Assembly: GCF_001194135.2 (NCBI RefSeq)
Contig: NC_068982.1
Coordinates: 119,224,031-119,288,030 of the forward strand
Source of the DNA: Octopus bimaculoides
Taxonomy: Eukaryota
Length of the DNA: 64,000 bases
Direction: 5' to 3'
Shown here in pieces: positions 12,985 through 26,000 of the stretch. Numbering within the stretch: the first letter of the stretch is position 1; every line of letters starts with the position of its first letter. The notes under the pieces were generated by a model, which was not told where the DNA came from, did not search any database, and saw only the letters and a program-made list of their open reading frames with translations. Made by a program: the position numbers and the translations under genes.

Positions 12985-13487
12985 GCCAAACAATACTTTA
13001 TTTATCAATGGAAAAAAGTTTAAAATTAGAAAAACAATCTTAAACGTTTCAATGTTGAATTAAAATGTTTCAATGTTGACAAAGTAAAATGGTTGAATGT
13101 TGACAAATTAAAATGTTTCAATGTTGACAAAGTAAAATGTTTGAATGTTGACAAATTAAAATGTTTCAATGTTAAATTCATCTGATCCCAAAACATACCA
13201 CGACAAGTGAAAGCGTCTATTACAAGAGGATCAGAGAAACTGTTAACCAAATTTTTACTATTTTCATTTCACACATTTTTCTTTTTTCTTTTCAGTATGA
13301 CATGCCGACCACAACTAAAATTAATAAACTTTGTACATTCAAACAAATTTATATAGCCTTGATTTTATTGACTGCTATGAACATTCAAACTTTGAAACAT
13401 TTTAATTTGTCGACATTGAAACTTTTAAATATGTTTTTTTCTAATTTAAAACCTTTACCATTGATAAACAAAACATATTGTTGACAC
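12985..13487. mobile_element. Foldback-type element: long inverted arms containing 24-bp tandem subrepeats
   Basis: The left arm has tandem aaa(g/t)taaaatgttt(g/c)aatgttgac units (~13045-13172). The right arm (~13375-13487) is the reverse complement of the subrepeat and of the outer arm (caatactttatttatcaatgg vs ccattgataaacaaaacatattg). Confidence 0.7.
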
Positions 13488-14083
13488 TACTTTGGTATAT
13501 ATGTAAACAAATGTATTGTAAACATTTACGAGTTTTTGAAATTTAGGTGCATGTTCAACAACACATTTTACTATATATTTATATATATATATATATATAT
13601 TTATGTACACAAATATATATATAGGCGCAGGAATGCCTGCGAGACAGGAGTTTTGCTTCCCAACCACAAGGNNNNNNNNNNNNNNNNNNNNNNNNNNNNN
13701 NNNNNNNNNNNNNNNNNNNNNNNNNNNNNNNNNNNNNNNNNNNNNNNNNNNNNNNNNNNNNNNNNNNNNNNNNNNNNNNNNNNNNNNNNNNNNNNNNNNN
13801 NNNNNNNNNNNNNNNNNNNNNNNNNNNNNNNNNNNNNNNNNNNNNNNNNNNNNNNNNNNNNNNNNNNNNNNNNNNNNNNNNNNNNNNNNNNNNNNNNNNN
13901 NNNNNNNNNNNNNNNNNNNNNNNNNNNNNNNNNNNNNNNNNNNNNNNNNNNNNNNNNNNNNNNNNNNNNNNNNNNNNNNNNNNNNNNNNNNNNNNNNNNN
14001 NNNNNNNNNNNNNNNNNNNNNNNNNNNNNNNNNNNNNNNNNNNNNNNNNNNNNNNNNNNNNNNNNNNNNNNNNNNNNNNNNNN

Positions 14084-14138
<55 letters not shown>

Positions 14139-14384
14139 AGAGAGTTAAAGAAACAGACAGACTAAAAGACAGGAACTATTAGTGAGGGTGAGAGAGATTG
14201 TGTGTAGGCAAGAAAAACTGAGAATGAGAAAAAGAGAGAAGAGAGAAATAAGTAGAGGTAGAAAGGGTGAGAATCGGTTGAAAACTGCAGACATTTTTAG
14301 AGAAAAGCCCGTGTAAAATACTGTTTTGATTGGTTTCTCGCTTTATGCGGGAACTCTGGACAAAATGTCATAGTGTATGACCAT

Positions 14385-14580
14385 CCATTTCTACTCTAGG
14401 CACAAGGTCCGAAATTTTTGGTGAGGCGGGCCAGTCGATAAGATCGACCCCAATACACACCTGGTACTTAATTTATCGACCCAGAAAGGATGAAAGTCAA
14501 AATTGACCTCGGCGGAATTTGATCTGAGAACGTAAAGACAGATGAAATACCGCTAAATATTTCTCCCGGCGTGCTAACAT
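14385..14580 (-). mobile_element. SINE family B copy
   Basis: The minus strand reads gttagcacgccggg..tttagcggtatttc.tctgtctttacgttct.agatcaaattccgccgaggtc....tcatcctttc.gggtcgataaattaagtaccag...ggggtcgat...cttgtgcctagagtagaaa. It matches 34650, 50161 and 61530. Confidence 0.85.
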
Positions 14581-15318
14581 GCATGACCATCCTTGGCACA
14601 TAAGTAATGTGTGTATAAGTTTGGTGAAGTGTTGTGTGTGTAAGTTTGGTGAAAATCGGTTGAAAACTAGAAATCCATGCGTACTACACAGACAGACATT
14701 GTTTGTTTTATATATATATGGATGTCATAATTATTTTAAAGCATCCCTAGGATATTTATAGCATTAAAGCAAACATGCCTGAAATTCATTTATGACTCAG
14801 ATGGATGTTTCATTCAGCTAGATGATTTTATATATCAACCATATAGTCTTATACATCAATCAAACTGAGTTTAACATCATGCTGTGATAAAATAAATTGA
14901 AATCACGGTTTATCCATATCTGATTCCGTAAGAGGACTAACGTTTTATTTAATATACCAGACTAGTTGATGTCTATTTTTAATTGTCGATATGAAACCAT
15001 TGATTACGCAGAAACAATAATGATTTGTTTCATAAGCGCAAGACTTTCTGTTTCAAAGGACAGTAGCAAAACAGTGTAGTTTTGTATAGTGGTGTTTCTA
15101 TATTAAATCAATCTGAATGTAGTAATCGATAAAAATATCTGTGTTACGTATCATCAGCTCTATTTATTCACGCCAGTATATTATACTAAAAAATATTCTA
15201 GAAAATTATATCTGAGAAATAGTGAGAATAATAAACAGTAAAGCCAATTCTTGTGTCGTATCCAGTCAGCAAGATAAAACGATAAAATGGAACTGGATTT
15301 TAGAATGGTGCTCTAGTT

Positions 15319-15360
<42 letters not shown>

Positions 15361-17665
15361 GGGGGGGGGTGTATGTCCTAACAGGGAAGAAGGAAATTTG
15401 CTGGCTTTACATAAAGTTTGGAAAGTCCAGTGATGTCCTATTTACTAAGAAACATAAAAGCATTTGATGCTGTTTTCAACATTCACTGACTTGACGCTTC
15501 ATTATATTTTGATTTACATATACTGATATGATTACGTTTCGTGTTTACAAAACAGTTATCTCCAAGCACTGCGCGTCGGAAATGAAGTTTTATTCCAAGC
15601 TGAATATAATTCCTGTTAATTTCATTCCTATTCCCAACGTCATGCGCACCGTGGATTCACAGTCAATTTCCTGATAGTTACAAAATAAGTTAAATTAATC
15701 AAGTATAATCCTGCAATGAGACGAAAGCAGCTTAGTGCACGGATCCGATCAAGGTAGACTGGGTCTGAAATACCCAAATCTTCTTTTTAAAATCTTAATT
15801 CCACGTGTTGACAGGAACAGAAAGCATCATAAGAAATGCTAATTTTAAATCTGATCACTTGGTAAATACGAGTAAACAATACGTACAAAGTTTAAGCTGA
15901 TTGAATTTAGTAAGTAAACCATACTTAATCGTCAAGCTCATGAGAAGAGAACCGCTGTATGGATGTATAAGGTGCAAAATTTGACATAATATATTATTGA
16001 AGAAATTTACTCAAATGATTTCCATATTTCACAATGGAAATTCGGAATATATACAGGCAAATGCAGAGTGAATTATGCATGTGAGCTAGTTTCATTTCCT
16101 CCCTGTTTCTGTATCCACTGAAATGGATATTGATATAGCCATGTGACCGTTGTATCAACATCATATATTTATATTTAATGAGCAGTGCTGTGAATATATC
16201 GCAACAAAATAGAAAAAAGACAAACATATAAGTGAAAATAACTAAATATTTCAATAGACAATACTGACCTTATACCGATAACGTCACTCCAGTCATCAGG
16301 AAAGAAAATTATTTATAGCTATAACATTCTCCCTGATATTGTGAGGTCCAAGTAGAGTTATTTTCTTCAACCTGGGTATTTTACTCACATTAAATATATT
16401 GAACAATATTTTAAGAAAGACAAAGATAAACTGGTTGGATTTGAACACAGAAAATAACAGGATTAACAGAACACAGAAAGTAACTATAGAACGTAAAAAA
16501 TTTTGACTGACGATCAGCTGAACGGCTTGAAATATTTATCACCTCAGAGATAAGAATCAAAAAGATATGCAACTCATGAGAGTAAAGCGGAAATATTTTC
16601 TTGTTTATTTGTCACAGAATTTGAGTTCAAATTTGGCCTCAGACGATATTGTTTTAAATTAGTTCATTTTCTAAAACCGAAAAAGAACGTTTAATGTAGC
16701 GTGGCCTATAAGAATGAACTTACTGTGGTCAATTCATGTCACCATCTCACGAAAATATTGGCGTGTTGCCTCTCTGAAGTGAACTACTATTACGAAATGA
16801 ATTATGCCAATATCTGATGGTTAGAAAATTCAGAGTTGTGAAAGAATAAAAACAAGTGGATGAAACATTAAATTGCAGAAAATAAAGAGATAATAGTTTC
16901 GGTTATAATTAGCATCAATTTGTAATCTGTCAGGCGAGGAAAGCAGTGATGCATATATTTTAAACACTGATGGAACATAGAATAGCAACATTATGAAGTG
17001 GTTATTTAAATATGTTTGTTGATTTCGTCTGTAGAAACAACGTGTGAGGTCAATGGAAAATATATTACGAGGTATTACTGAAACTCTTTTCCAAAACGTT
17101 TAGAGTATAAACTAATCCAGTTACGACAAACAATTGAAATAGGGCTTGAGAAGCGTTTGCCAAATATTTTGTGATATTAATACGTGAAAGTACTTCATAA
17201 CTTAAAATTTATATATTGCAAAAAGATACAATAGTCTCTTGGAATTTTAAAAATAATTGTACCAAAACGAGTATCTGCAGGCGATCTCGATCAAAGGGCA
17301 TCGAAGTCTATTTCCTCCTGGAGAATTCTGAACGAAAATTTCTTTAGAAACTGATAATATTCATTTGTTTAAATTTTTCACCTAGTCAACACTCATCATA
17401 TGACTTAAATTTATATTCTAAGTTATATAATCCTCTACGATAAGTTCTGAGAACTCAAAGCAACGTTGTATGATTAATCTTCCAATAAAGTTGGTTGCAG
17501 GGTCTCTCTTTTTCCCCTTTGATTATATTTATGTGGGCTAATGAATCTTACTTTCCCTCCTTCATATAGTAATTCATTATGTACTGAGGAGAAAGTGCAA
17601 CTGAGTAAGGACTGGTATCCTTAAAGATTTACTGACAACAATCATTCATATGTGTGTGTGTGTGG

Positions 17666-17696
<31 letters not shown>

Positions 17697-18554
17697 TGTG
17701 TGTGTGTGTGTGTGTGTGTTAAAACTTAACGCTAGAATTAATGAAGAAGAATCTTCATTCGGATTAAAGGAATATTCTGCTGGGGAAATTTTTACAAAAA
17801 CCCAAATCAGCATTAAAATGTTTATAAATGGAAACGTTGTATTACAAAGAATTGAAATTACAAAAGATTTCCATGGCAATTCAAGCATCGACAGAAAATC
17901 ACACTCAAATGTAGTATGGACGTCCATTAAATAGGTAAGTTTAATAAAGATGTCATGAAGCCATTTAAACAAGCTTAACTAATATAAAGTTGATATCTCA
18001 CCTTAACAAAGTTAATGATGTGTATATGGCATTAACTTAAAAGACAGATGAAACTTATCAATACTTGAATGTGACTATACAAAAAATATATAGTGTTTTA
18101 TATACGCAGATGTTTCCCCAGCTTAAAAGTAGACCAATTATATTGCACGAAATAACAGTACATAGTGTAAATATCCACACAGAAATTGTCAAAAACATTT
18201 TAAAAATAATCTCATACCAATATCCGATATATCACAGAAGCCAACCATTTACATAGAAAAACTATTAAAGTAAAATATTCATGAAAACATTTTACAAGCT
18301 TCACTTTGTCAACAAAGTTATTTTCAGAAACCTATCGAAGAACAATAATATACTACCTTCCTCATATTGTGCTCCCTTAACAGAAATCGTCTAGTGTAAG
18401 CTATAATCTATTGGACTAACGCCCAATCTGAAAATAACATTGCCGCCAGGACTTACACGACTCGTTCAATAATTATATTCAAATTGCTTTATCAGTAGCG
18501 AAATACGGAAACATATTTTTGGCTTTGCAGTTTACAATAAATAATATCTTTACC

Positions 18555-18740
18555 GTTTTACTTGTATTTGTTCCAGTCATTTGACTTCAGCCATGTTTAA
18601 GGCATCACATTCAAGAATTTTAGTCGAACGAATTGTCCCCAGAAATTCTGTTAATTTTTAATCCTAATAGTAATTATAAAGTCACTTTTACCAAACCGCT
18701 AAGTTTCGAGGACGTACGTACACCAACACCGGTTGTGAAA
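18555..18740 (-). mobile_element. SINE family A, decayed 3' half
   Basis: cagtcatttgact.cagccatg, ttagtcga.cgaatt and accaaaccgctaagtt..gaggacgta..acaccaacaccggttg are the reverse complement of the family A tail. Confidence 0.65.
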
Positions 18741-18949
18741 TCTACTCGCCTAAGACTAGAGAAAAAGACACTTGCCCAATGTAACATACAGTGGGTCTGA
18801 ACTGGAAAACATTTGGTTAAGAAGCAAATCTTCTACTACACAGCTACGTCTGCATGCCTGTATGTACGCATATATGTATGTGTGTATGTATATATATATA
18901 CATACCAAACACACAAACACACATACTCACACACATACATACATATCTA

Positions 18950-19017
<68 letters not shown>

Positions 19018-19399
19018 GATTGCTGATCTCGAGAGAATATAGGCATGTACATATTCGTTTTTAAACTCAGCCCGAGCATGCCTGAGCAAATGGCTCGTGA
19101 GTCAAGCTTCGGTTTTCGATACTTTCCAAGAAATATGACAATTATGTGATGGGTCTTCCATTACTTCTGCATTCGCATTTTCTTGTACTCTTATGTGTCA
19201 CAAATTGAACACGCTTTCCTTTTAGGGCTTCAAGGACTATGTTCAATATGAATGTTGATTTTGCATCACCTCGCTCCACTCTCTGATCGTTCATGACTAA
19301 CATCCCAATTTTAGATAAGAACTGGTAGTTATAGGGAACCCCAAATCATTACGCATTTACTTCTGTACTCGAAAAGTCTATTTATTTTTTGCATGTTTA

Positions 19400-21540
19400 A
19401 ATCTATTCTGTTCAAATGATTCACGACCTTCGTTGAGTTTATCCCATTATTTTTGATCAGTCAAAACTTTGAAAGTTGTCTTTATCATACCTCTACGTCT
19501 CGTCCGGAGTGTATGATGTAGGCGCTTATTTAGTGTAAGTTCGTCATAATGTATTTGCTTAGAAGACTTTGTATCATCCCTTCGAATAAGATGATCCAAA
19601 CCGTGCCTATGATTCAAAATATTGATATTTTCAATGCCAAGCATGTAAGCGTTTGCGTGAACGATAATGTTTGAGAGTTTGTCTGCTATTTTCTTATTTG
19701 TATGTGCGTTATAGAGTTTCTGTGGCGTTTTACTAGTGATGCAATATGATGATGATATATAACCCAGATTTCTGAGGAGTACAAAAGACAGCTTAAAGCA
19801 CAACTAAAGATTAAAAAAAAGAGTTAAAAGTGACTCCTCTGTCCTTTCACATTGCCTTTTAAGCCTGCCGGAAGCTGCGTTTACTTTTTCAATCTTCTAA
19901 TTAATTTAGCACAGAAACATCAGATGATATGATAGAATAAGTTCTAGAAAACTATCGATGACTTCCAACCGAGTTACATATTAGGCTCGACTTAAGCCTT
20001 CCCAAATGATGGAGAGAACATAACTTTGATCTTTGTTAGATTCATACTGAGTGCAAACGCAGTACACGCACTGGGAAAAAAATGAACACCTTGTTCTGAA
20101 TAAGGCACAAAATTGATATCGTCAGCATATAGAAATGCATGCAGAAACGTTTCAAAGATATTAAATTTCAGTCTCAACCGACTCAGTTTAAATAGTGTTT
20201 TAGATGTTTGAACTTGAATAATCGCTAATGGTACATCCCTGAAAAACATAAGCGATAACAAATACAGAAGCGGTGGAGTACAGAGTAGGAGTAAATGTAT
20301 CGCCTTGCTTCACACATATTAGTTGAGATTGGATACCGTAGATATTAAAACGAGCCTTCATGTTGCGATGAAGTTTCCGAAAAATGTCGATAGATTCCTA
20401 TTGTCATTCTATTATTTCTAAGATTATCCACAAAACTTGCCTGATCACGCATCAAAGTCCATTGTGAGAACTGCGAAGACTTGAAAAAGTGGCAGTGAAT
20501 GCTCAGTAAACTTTTCTTGTATTTGACAATCTTTAAAGCTAATACATGTTGTACCTCGAGATTCTCTAAAACCATGTTGACTTTCAAGCATGATATCTGT
20601 CAACCGTTTTGAAATCCGATCGAGTGAAATCTAGCAAGATATTTTCCAAATTCATATTCCAAATATTTATTGCATGAAAATCACCAAAGAGACTAAATTT
20701 GCAACAACCCTCGTGATATGTATGAAAGAAAGACATACATTTGCTCCTACTTTTTCTTCATCGATTTCATTGTTGCTATTGCAAATGCTTTTCAGGGATG
20801 TACCATTGGAAATTATTTAAGTGCAGACAACTACTACACTATTTAAACTGGGTCGGTTGCGATTCAAATTTAAGCTCTTTCAAAAGATTCTGCACGAATG
20901 GCTATATACAATATATCGCTTTGCATGTAAAATACGAATATGAATTTCGGCTGCGGTAACATTGCTACCAAGCCGTAGTTGTTCCACAATTATAGTAACA
21001 AGAGCTGGAGCTTTGCCCGCGTTTAACTTATTTATCGCTTATCTAATTTCTTCAAAGCTAGGCTTCACCATTACTTCCTTTATATGCTCTGTTAATGGCG
21101 GAGGACCATTTAGGATTTCGTCTTCTATATTCGATGGATTATGTAAAAATTCACCCGTTTTCTTTATGCCATCAAGATCTTTATACAATTTGTTTCCATC
21201 CGTAAATTGTACTGGCGGAATAGATGAGTTTCGAGGACCAAAATGCTGGCTTTCTTCATAAGCTGTACAGTTGCTCTACTCTGTATTCCTTCAATCTTAT
21301 GCATTTTGCGTTTCTTTGGAGACATTCGAACCTCAAGTTTTACATCTGTCCTTTTTTTTTTTTTTTAAAGATGTTAGAACGGAATGAGATTCAGCCTTAC
21401 AAGTGTTTATGGCTTTTAAGTGAACAAAATGCCTTTGTTCAAGCACATTTATGTCCCCATCATTGTCAGCAGACGAGTCACTATACCCATACTCGGTGAA
21501 AACCAGGCAATCTGCATTAAAGCTGTATACCTTTTGTTTG
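19400..21540 (-). mobile_element. RTE-clade LINE, decayed ORF2 (linker, RT and C-terminus)
   Basis: Minus-strand peptides include EEIR*AISKLNAGKAP (~21000-21080), FLYADDINFV..ACTAFALSMNLTKIKVM (~20020-20140) and HLIRRDDTKSSKQIHYDELTLNKR (~19520-19600). They are in the correct order with many stops. Confidence 0.8.
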
Positions 21541-21848
21541 ATTTATCTAAAGCACCATCAAAATTAGTCCCCAGCGTAACCTTCTGCTAACAACGTTTGN
21601 NNNNNNNNNNNNNNNNNNNNNNNNNNNNNNNNNNNNNNNNNNNNNNNNNNNNNNNNNNNNNNNNNNNNNNNNNNNNNNNNNNNNNNNNNNNNNNNNNNNN
21701 NNNNNNNNNNNNNNNNNNNNNNNNNNNNNNNNNNNNNNNNNNNNNNNNNNNNNCTCCTCATCGCCGTCATCATCATCATTATCATCACCGTTTCCAGTAT
21801 TTTATTTGTTATTTAGCGGTTGACGTCATAAAAAGATACACACATATA

Positions 21849-21894
<46 letters not shown>

Positions 21895-22001
21895 GTATGA
21901 CATTCGGCATGTGTCCTTTACTTTAGCATTTATTTGCCCACTTTTTGTGAATTGAATTCGTAACATATAATCTGTGTTCAAGTATGCTACGTATATATAT
22001 A

Positions 22002-22112
22002 TATCGAAGGTGGCTAGACGTAATATAAAGCCAAATAGGAAAAGCTTGTCACTAATGTATTAGTGATAAACGTTTCTTTTTGGCTTTATATTGAGTCGAG
22101 TCACCTTCGATA
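22002..22112. mobile_element. 111-bp hairpin (MITE-like) next to a TA run
   Basis: tatcgaaggtggctagacgtaatataaagccaaa...tcactaat is followed by a gt loop and then attagtga...tttggctttatattgagtcgagtcaccttcgata. Confidence 0.7.
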
Positions 22113-24225
22113 GAATTTATGGAAGCATGGGAGCAACTGTTTTTGAAGACTCATATTGTCGTCGAATATTCGAAATGAGTAGATGGACAGGCGACAACTG
22201 CGTTTACTTGTCTTATTTTCCATTTTTTCTCGTTTTTTACGTATTTCACTCGTTTTCCCTCGTTTGTCTACGTATTTCATATTATTTTCACCATTGGTAA
22301 CGTCCTGTACCCATATACCAATGTGAGTGTATATATCACATTATTTAGTATTTTTTTAAATATATATTTATATATAAACGTATCATACTTGATCAAAGTT
22401 TATATTTGCTACGAATTCACTTCACAAAAAATGGACAAATAAATGCTAAAGTAAAGGACACATATCGAACTTTATATTGCGTGGTAGAGTCGAACCAAGA
22501 AGCATATGCAGCAGATGTTTAACGGCGCAAACATTGTTGCTTCTCTTTAGTGACAAAAGCATCTTTAAGCGTTAATTGAATCCATATTGCAGACTCGGCC
22601 CACCGGTATTTTATTTCTTGTTCAGCAGTTGACGTCATAAAAAAATTAATATTGAAACAGCTGAGAAATTAATGAATTTTCTTCATTCGTCCTGAATGTC
22701 ATATTACATTAATTAAGAAAAAGAACATTCAGCTGACAGTAATTAATGAGAAGATACGCCGGTTAGAAATATTATGAAACATTTTTTTTTCCTCTCTCAC
22801 TTTTTCTAAATCAATATAACTGACACAACTTCCGAATAAATATTTCTTTAATTTCTAATTTATAATTATTCGTTTCTCACTTTGGAAGAATGTCAGAAAT
22901 TTTACAGAATGCTTTTAGTAGATTAAACTGCCCGCAGCGCAATTATTGAAATGATAAGACCAATCATATACAAACAGAAATATTTTGTCTATTGTTTTTT
23001 ATAAGATTTCGATTGAGAGGAAAGAGCAGCACCCATGACATTTATATTGCATTCGATTCTGGTAGAAAGGACTTAACATGAGACTAGTGCCTTGATTCTA
23101 TTGATGGATCAGAATAGAAAGAATAACTCCAAAAGTCTTATACGTAATTTTCATTTACAGACTTTCATTCATTAGCATTTGATCAACCTGATGCCTTAAT
23201 AGTGGAAAAATTATCACACAAACCCTAATAGCATCTATTTATGGTAAATGGGGTATTGTATCCAACGCAAGGAGTTCTCTGTAGAACACTTGCTTGCGTA
23301 TTTCAACTCTTGATTCTCTAACAGAGTTAAACTTATATTTTTTTTGCAGAGCTTGAAAACATTTACTCACCAATTTATTCACAATTCCAGAAAATCAATT
23401 TTCATAGATATATACCGTCTCCTTTCATGGGAAAAGATAAGGGGAATTGGCCTAATACTGTGTCTAAAATGAATACACTACGATAAAAATTATAGAGCAC
23501 AATATTTAAGCGTATTCTATTTTAGAAACGAGATGAAATGCAATTGTTGAGTTGTTTTGTTTTGTTGCTAGAATATATATCGACTCTGAAGGTATATCAT
23601 GCAAAAGGCCGAACTTGGAAGGCCTTCCTCCTAGCAGGTAGACATACAAGAGAACAGAAAACTTTAAAACATGTATGCCAACGTCATAGCTTTGTGTTTC
23701 TTCACTAGCATGAAACTGATAAAATATCTACCAGTATAATTAATGTGGATATCTGTTTCTCTGTCCCACTGACATCCACGTCAAAGGTATCAGATGGCAT
23801 GATAATCTCAATATCTTTGCATTCTGTTGATTCTCTGAATGGTTGTTTTATCAGCTAAATCCTAAGTTTAACTGACCTTAGAGAAATCATTCCAAAGCTG
23901 TATATATATGTATGTGTGATAGTATATGCGGGAGCGCTCGCACACGCATGTGTGACACCGTATGACGTAATTAATGGTTGGAATAAGATGGTGACTTTGG
24001 TTCCCAGAGCGAAGGTGTGTGATGTTCTCAAGTACAACAATACATTTCACATTATCTTAGTCCACTCGGCTGTAAAATTGTCACACAACGACCGGCTGGT
24101 GTTGGATTCAGGTGGAATTTCGACTTGCCTGCTTCGATAGTGGTGTGTAAAAACATCCGATAGCCTGGATATGCAGTGACATATGCATGTGTGTGAGTAT
24201 GCACACACGCACGCACATATACATG

Positions 24226-24594
24226 CGTAGGTGTGGCTGCGTGATGAGAGATCTTGCTTCCAACCACATGGTTCCGGGTTCATCCCCATTGCGGGGCACC
24301 TTCGACAAAGCCCTGTGAGTGCTAAACGGAAAGTGAATGAAACACGTCGCATATGTGTGTGTGCGCGCACGCGTACGTGTCTGTGTACGTGTCTGTGTCT
24401 TTGTGTATGTGTTTTCCCCCACCACCGCTTGAAAACCAGTGTTGGTGTGTTTACGTCCCCATAACCAAGTGGTTGGGCAAACGAATACCGACAGAATATG
24501 AACCAGGCTTTAAAAAATAAGTACCAGAGTTGATTCATTCGACTAAAACTTATCCAAGGTGGTACCGCAGCATGTGACTCAAACAATTAAAAGC
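24226..24594 (+). mobile_element. SINE family A, near full-length
   Basis: A-box-like gtggctgcgtga and B-box-like gggttcatcccc. The head ttgcttccaaccacatggttccggg is followed by an internal (TG)n and the tail ccaccgcttgaaaaccagtgttggtgtgtttacgtcccc...aagtacc...gactaaa. Confidence 0.8.
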
Positions 24595-24829
24595 TATATA
24601 TAAATTATTCTTAAATATATAGGCAGATAGCCTAGATATACGAAGAAAAATATTTTTAACGTCAGAACGAGTATATATATATATATATATATGCATACTC
24701 ACACACATGTGTGCGTGTTTTTGCTATCTCTATTCCAAAGTCTACATTGTGCCATAGAATAAGTTTAGATCTAGCTTTATGTTTTAGCAGGTGATCATTG
24801 TTTTTGTTAACGGCCCTATGTTTATGGTT

Positions 24830-26000
24830 GTTTATATGTTTTCTTAGAGGATCTAATATTACGGTTATGAGGTTTACTTAAAATCACTTCGTTATCCATT
24901 ATGCAATTATTCTTACTATTTGATTTTCAACATGGTGCCCGATAATCAAATTATCTTTGTCAAGCTTCTTTGTTTAATGTTCAATTTTTATTAGCCAAAC
25001 CTATTTGATCCATAGCATAAATCTTATTTATATGTTCTTTGATTTCATTTTTAGGGATATAGAATATTCTATATTTATATTCAACTTCAGCTAGGGAATT
25101 ATCATAGTATTTTTCATTATTCCTGTATATCTCTTCATTTAGTAGATAGTTTAGATATACGAAGAGAAATATTTTTAACGATAGAATGAGTAATATTTTT
25201 TAAATGATTTGTGCTTATACTTACGTATCTAAAGTTGTCATTATGTTTGTGGAACGGTTGGTATGCTTTCATATCCAAATCCAAATCCAAATTAATGTCT
25301 AGAAAATTCACTTTGCTCTGTTCCTTTTCAATGGAAAAAGACAGAACTAGGTCTTTAAATAATTTAAAGAGTATATTCCGTGATCTTTCCATGTTTATAT
25401 TACTTGATATATATACATAAAAGAGAGCGCTGCCCACATGTAATCCTCCTCACTCCATTTTCGAAAATTTACTACTGATACAATTTAAAATATAAATTCC
25501 TTCTACGTCCGTTACTTGAGCAGAATCGCTGGAGCGCACGGTAATATCAAATTGATCAGGCCTATCATTCTCCACACAATATTTTTCGTCAAATTCATTT
25601 ATTTCTTTTCTAACAGCCTGTATACCTATCCCTTCTTTAGATAAACTAGAACTTCTCATTGCGAATATTAAGGCATAGCAGTTAGATATGTCAATTTTTA
25701 TGAATTAGGTGGGTAAGCTTAGGAATGAGTTTGTCAATAATAAATTCATTAATTCTGCCTATTACCGATTCGGAGCGACATATAGGTCTAACGAAAGGTT
25801 TAGTAGTGATATTAGGCTTATGGGCCTTCAGGTTAATTTTATGAGCTTAGGGAGCTAGGGTGTTGGTATCTTCTAAATGCAATATTTCTATTTTCTTTGT
25901 ATGTAGGTTCACACCTAATAGGTTATTTTAATAAGTTGTTTTATCATTTTTGCGAATTATTTTCCTAATTAGAAATGGCTATAATTTAAAATCTAAGTAT
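24830..26000 (-). mobile_element. Penelope-like element, decayed RT and start of GIY-YIG region
   Basis: Minus-strand peptides: INLKAHKPNITTKPFVRPICRSESVIGRINEFIIDKL, FDITVRSSDSAQVTDVEGIYILNCIS (compare FDVTMGSYDGAE...GLYIL) and KVNFLDINLDL...YQPFHKHNDNFRYVS..TNH..NI...IVKNISLRISKLS. Confidence 0.8.

Noticed and set aside
13045-13172. 24-bp repeats resembling a CRISPR array
   Set aside because: The units are directly adjacent with no unique spacers, there are no cas genes, and the context is eukaryotic.
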